A stretch of DNA of 64,000 nt from Macrostomum lignano (lineage: Eukaryota), in the NCBI GenBank assembly GCA_002269645.1, contig NIVC01001180.1:1-64000 (forward strand), in the 5' to 3' direction. The notes under the pieces are model-generated. The model saw only the letters and a list, made by a program, of their open reading frames with translations, searched no databases and was not told the DNA's origin. This document shows positions 60,201-64,000 of the stretch, one piece after another. The position numbers were made by a program, and so were the translations under genes. The first letter of the stretch is position 1. Each line of letters begins with the position of its first letter.

Positions 60201-61837
60201 TTAAAAAATCGCATTACGATTTCTTGCACTTGCACGTCGCGCCGATTCGTGCAGTGAGTCCTGCAGAGCATCATATCGAGCCTTTTTGCAAGCTCTTTGA
60301 CACCCAGTTGAAAAGAGGTGCTCCTGTGGCTAGAAAAGTCCTCCTCTATCAACAGCAAGTTGAAGTCGAAGACTGCAGTGGGAGTTCCCTCGGAGACTCA
60401 ACTGGTTTTGTTCATCCGGACTAAGTAAACGGGGCGTAGAAGCCGCTGGCATGGTATAGGCTGGCCAGGTCACTCTTGTCAGGAAAGCAATCGAATGCTA
60501 TCTCGCCATGAATTCGATCTACCAGTTGCCGCAGTAACACCGGAGTACTTCAGCAGGGAAGTTGCTCTGATGACGTCATTGAGCTGTAAAAACCAGTCAA
60601 AGCGAGCCTTGATGTGTTGTCTGATTAGATTATAATATTTCCTAACATGACATTGTAGATGAAGTCGCAGCAGTCAAAGAGATGATATATTAACGGGACA
60701 CAATCGTTGTTGTAAAGCAGGTAGTTGTTTATTTAAATGAAATGCGGGCATTGCCGTTATCGTGAACCGAAGTTCCAAATCGCGAGGTAAAGAGAGTCTT
60801 CATGTGCCATATAAATTCCTAGACGTTAAATTAAGACTAAGCACTTACGAGTCTTAATCATTTTGTTTACCGTGTCTACTGCAGAAGAAAAATTGAGGCT
60901 CCGAAAGAGCCGGTCGCTTCCATATATTTAGCAAGCACCGTACGCAAGCAACAAAGACCATCGCGACAATGCACATCCCTTCCCCACTTCCTTTCAACCT
61001 CCCTCACACAACTCAACGCAACTACAAATAAAAAAATAACTCACGCAACTGTACGTCATCACAAACCAAGTTTCCATTTTAACGATAAACGAACAGGTTC
61101 ATCGCGGCTGATTTCCCTCTTGTGCTTGCCGATTGTCGTTATTCTGACATTCAGGACATTCTACAACTGCAGACATACTTTCATGGACTCCTTGCAGTCT
61201 CACAATAGCCGTAGTACACGGAATTGCGGGCGCTGATAGTGGACTCGTGGAAAAGTGTCAACGGCGAGTGGGTCTTCAATTCTGTTGGGTTGCAGAATGG
61301 CGCCAGTTGGTTTGTGCGCCATCTTCCCAGGCTTGTCAGCTTCAATGTCGATGTGTTTAACGTCGGCAAAAAGTGCCCTCGACAACTCTTGCATAATTGG
61401 CAGAAAACTTGGGCACACGAATTCCTTTTGTGAATTAGTGAAATAGTGAATTAGTGACACTAAGTTCAAGACGTCCTTAGCATAGAAACAGAGTGTTTTT
61501 GTGTTGTGTTGAGAAAGTCAGACTGACCGATTTGGGGTAAATACGACCTTTAGCTCAAGTTGGCATTCTGACTTTATACTCCAGCCAGTGACAAATCGAT
61601 ATTGGAAAACAGATGTACATACCTGGCTGGGAAAGTGGCCCAAGACAAATGAAAATGGAAAATGAAACTGTGTGGAACACAAGCGCAATTTTAGAAACTA
61701 AATATAAATATGTCAGTATTATACGTGCTATATAAATTCGCAAATTCGACAAAAAGCGCATACAAAAGTTCTTTTGTTATTTTAACCATATAAGCAAAAC
61801 GACTACAATTACTATAGTACAGATATATTAGGTTATA

Positions 61838-62115
61838 GGGAGTTACTTATAGCCTATAGCGATTAGCGTGGTGTACTTGTGGCCGTAAGGTTACTGGTTC
61901 GAATCCTAGCTCACGCAGGCTTATAATTTGTTGAATTACTCAAGACACTTAATCCCATACTGTTTCAATTTACCCTGCTTACAAAGGGCAACAGCGTTTA
62001 CTGGGAAGTAAAGTGGGTGTGACAGACGATGATTCACAAATACTGACCAGCAGTTCAGTCTTTGGATAGGAAGCGCCGCTTACTGCATTGGAAATTCAAG
62101 TATTTATTATATAAA
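61838..62115 (+). mobile_element. tRNA-derived SINE with CORE/Deu-like central domain
   Basis: A-box-like TAGCCTATAGCGATTAGCG; B-box GGTTCGAATCC (61896-61906); CAAGACACTTAATCCCATACTG...ACCCTGCT resembles CORE/Deu SINE cores; AT-rich tail. Confidence 0.55.
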
Positions 62116-62438
62116 TCACAAGTCATATATAGTCTTCGCTTTGCATCTTAGCCTCATAATTTATTACTTTGTAATTGCAGGCAGCGTATTTTTTAAATTG
62201 CGATTAACATTGCGCTAATTAATAATAAGTGACCCTAAACCTTTTATAATGAAATTACACAAGAAAATTTAGTGACGAAACCACTCTTCACCGTGTTCAA
62301 TTTAACGCAACGCATCCGATAATGTAGTCGCAAGTGCGCTCCATTAACGACACCACGCCAGACATCATCCTGTCGAACAATGCGGACGGGCAGATCGGGT
62401 GAAAAAATGACCAAAGGGTCGCATCACAGGCGTCCAAT

Positions 62439-62831
62439 AAGATAAGAAGGCAAGCTGAAGCCTTCAGATAAGAAGGCAAGCTGAAGCCTTCAGATAAGAA
62501 GGCAAACTGAAGCCTTCAGATAAGAAGGCAAGCTGAAGCCTTCAGATAAGAAGGCAAGCTGAAGCCTTCAGATAAGAAGGCAAACTGAAGCCTTCCGATA
62601 AGAAGGCAAACTGAAGCCTTCAGATAAGAAGGCAAGCTGAAGCCTTCAGATAAGAAGGCAAACTGAAGCCTTCAGATAAGAAGGCAAGCTGAAGCCTTCA
62701 GATAAGAAGGCAAGCTGAAGCCTTCAGATAAGAAGGCAAGCTGAAGCCTTCAGATAAGAAGGCAAGCTGAAGCCTTCAGATAAGAAGGCAAGCTGAAGCC
62801 TTCAGATAAGAAGGCAAACTGAAACCTTCAG
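62439..62831. repeat. 26-bp quasi-palindromic minisatellite (AGATAAGAAGGCAAGCTGAAGCCTTC), ~15 copies
   Basis: 26-bp period at 62461 and 62487. Internal inverted repeats GAAGGC/GCCTTC and CTGAAG/CTTCAG. Confidence 0.95.
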
Positions 62832-62849
62832 CTTTTGGTCGTCGTCGTC

Positions 62850-63430
62850 TGTATCTTCCAGGTGAGATAAGCCTCCTGCAGAATAACAGGCGCGAGGACG
62901 AGAGGGTGGTACGAGCTATAGCTCAACTTCTACCTCAACAGTCAGTTTCTTTCGACCGCCGACTTCTTACCGCAAAAAGCTCTTTCATTGAATCCGAAAC
63001 CTCGTGGGGCTCTAAAGAAACGGAAGTTTGCGTTAAGAAAAAGCCTGGCCTCCTCGTGCTTCGAAGGAATGTCGTCGGCCTCGCAGGTGCCCAGATGGAC
63101 GCTTTTAGCAGCTGGTTCTTCATCTGCACTTAGATCTTAATTTTCATAATTGCCTCCCTCATCATCATCCACAAGTGCCATGCCATCACTGTTAGCGCTC
63201 GTGCCTTCGGTCTTCTTATCTATTTGCTTGCGTTTACGTGCGAACTTCTCGCGGCTCTTTTGCACGGCAGGACTGCTACATTCTGATAGGATCTTGCCGC
63301 GGAGTTCTTTTAACCGCCGGCTCAATTTTATGCGCCAAAATCGGAGGCCGTCGTCTGAACTGTCGCGAAGGCCCGGAAGAGTTGTGATGATGGCCGTGCA
63401 TACATCTCGAATTTCAACACGAGTGTGGTC
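62850..63430 (-). pseudogene. Decayed coding fragment with stops/frameshifts, weakly resembling SAMD3-like transposon-associated proteins
   Basis: EIRDVCTAIITTLPGLRDSSDDGLRFWRIKLSRRLKELR, then SMKELFAVRSRR and YHPLVLAPVILQEAY in shifted frames. The resemblance is from memory only. Confidence 0.3.
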
Positions 63431-63534
63431 CTAAATATTTGAAATCATTCAGGCTTGTGCGTGAGACCATTTCCTTGAGGGTATAATAAGACAAATTGGT
63501 CGTCACTAAGCCGTAGATATGCGGTTGGGCCGGG

Positions 63535-64000
63535 CTAATAATCTGCTAAACGTAATAAAATAAAATCGAATTCCTTCATTGCTTCCTTCATGATCTTCGT
63601 CCCTTGCTCAATTTCGTTCGTAGCTCCGACGACGATGGTTCTTGTCGTCGTTTCCTCGTACTTGTCTGCGAGTTGCGGGGGGGAGGCTATGTCCTGACCT
63701 ACACGTCCAGCGAATTCCAAAAGTTTGGTCGGTTCCGTCGGCTGCGGCCTTTCTTTCTTGGCACGACGTATAGCGGCTTGGTGGTATATGTTGAACAGTA
63801 CCGGCGATGTGGCACATCCTTCTCTCAGTCCCCGCTGTGGGTAGGAGGGTGTGCTTTTTTCTTCGTCAGAGATGACCACATACGCCGTTGCCTCGTGCAG
63901 ATCTCGTAGCTTGTCGATAGCCGTCGCTGGCATTCCGTAGTGCGTAAGGAGTTGCCACAACGCCGGTTTATTGACGCGCGGGTAGGCTTTGCGGAGGTCG
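63535..64000 (-). mobile_element. Non-LTR retrotransposon reverse transcriptase fragment (RTE/L2-like), degenerate, runs off the right edge
   Basis: DLRKAYPRV (DLxKAFDxV motif), LWQLLTHYGMP, GLREGCATSPVLFNIY (GxxQGxxLSPxLF motif). The FADD box is disrupted. Confidence 0.85.

Noticed and set aside
60240-60330. LGVKELAKRLDM as the mariner HTH domain
   Set aside because: The resemblance is too short, the intervening catalytic domain is absent, and I found no 5' TIR.
61200-61202. Selenocysteine/readthrough interpretation of the in-frame TGA
   Set aside because: There is no recognisable selenoprotein motif or SECIS, and the neighbouring segment has several stops, so decay is the simpler explanation.

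Overview
This is animal (metazoan) genomic DNA with GC-rich exons and AT-rich, tandem-repeat-laden introns and intergenic DNA. The style resembles the flatworm Macrostomum, but that attribution is inference only. The first ~12.9 kb is a purine-strand satellite with an 84-bp higher-order unit (4 x 21-bp monomers); all long ORFs there are artefacts. I reconstructed eight protein-coding genes by hand from splice sites and reading-frame phases: an orphan single-pass membrane protein (+), ARHGAP19-like RhoGAP (-, 4 exons), mitochondrial P5C dehydrogenase ALDH4A1 (+, 3 exons), intronless CDT1 (-), USP10 (-, 2 exons), Lasp (-, 9 exons, GC-AG first intron), intronless cortactin (+, head-to-head with Lasp) and the first two exons of CCDC148 (+). 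Mobile elements are two MITEs in Lasp intron 1, a mariner relic, a tRNA-derived SINE, a non-LTR RT fragment and possible Helentron-type non-autonomous elements. The top finding is a 288-bp TIR element with an 8-bp TSD that carries a 64-nt piece of 28S rRNA (helix 69, the R2/Pokey/I-PpoI target region) in which the cleavage/insertion core is the most altered part. Other leads are a 19-bp intronic array of CAG|GTAGGG junctions, a CCAAT+GC-box multimer upstream of CDT1, CCGGAAGT-cored coding repeats in two unrelated genes, a distinct minisatellite in every long intron, and AG acceptors just upstream of nearly every start codon. Family assignments rest on remembered motifs, not database searches.
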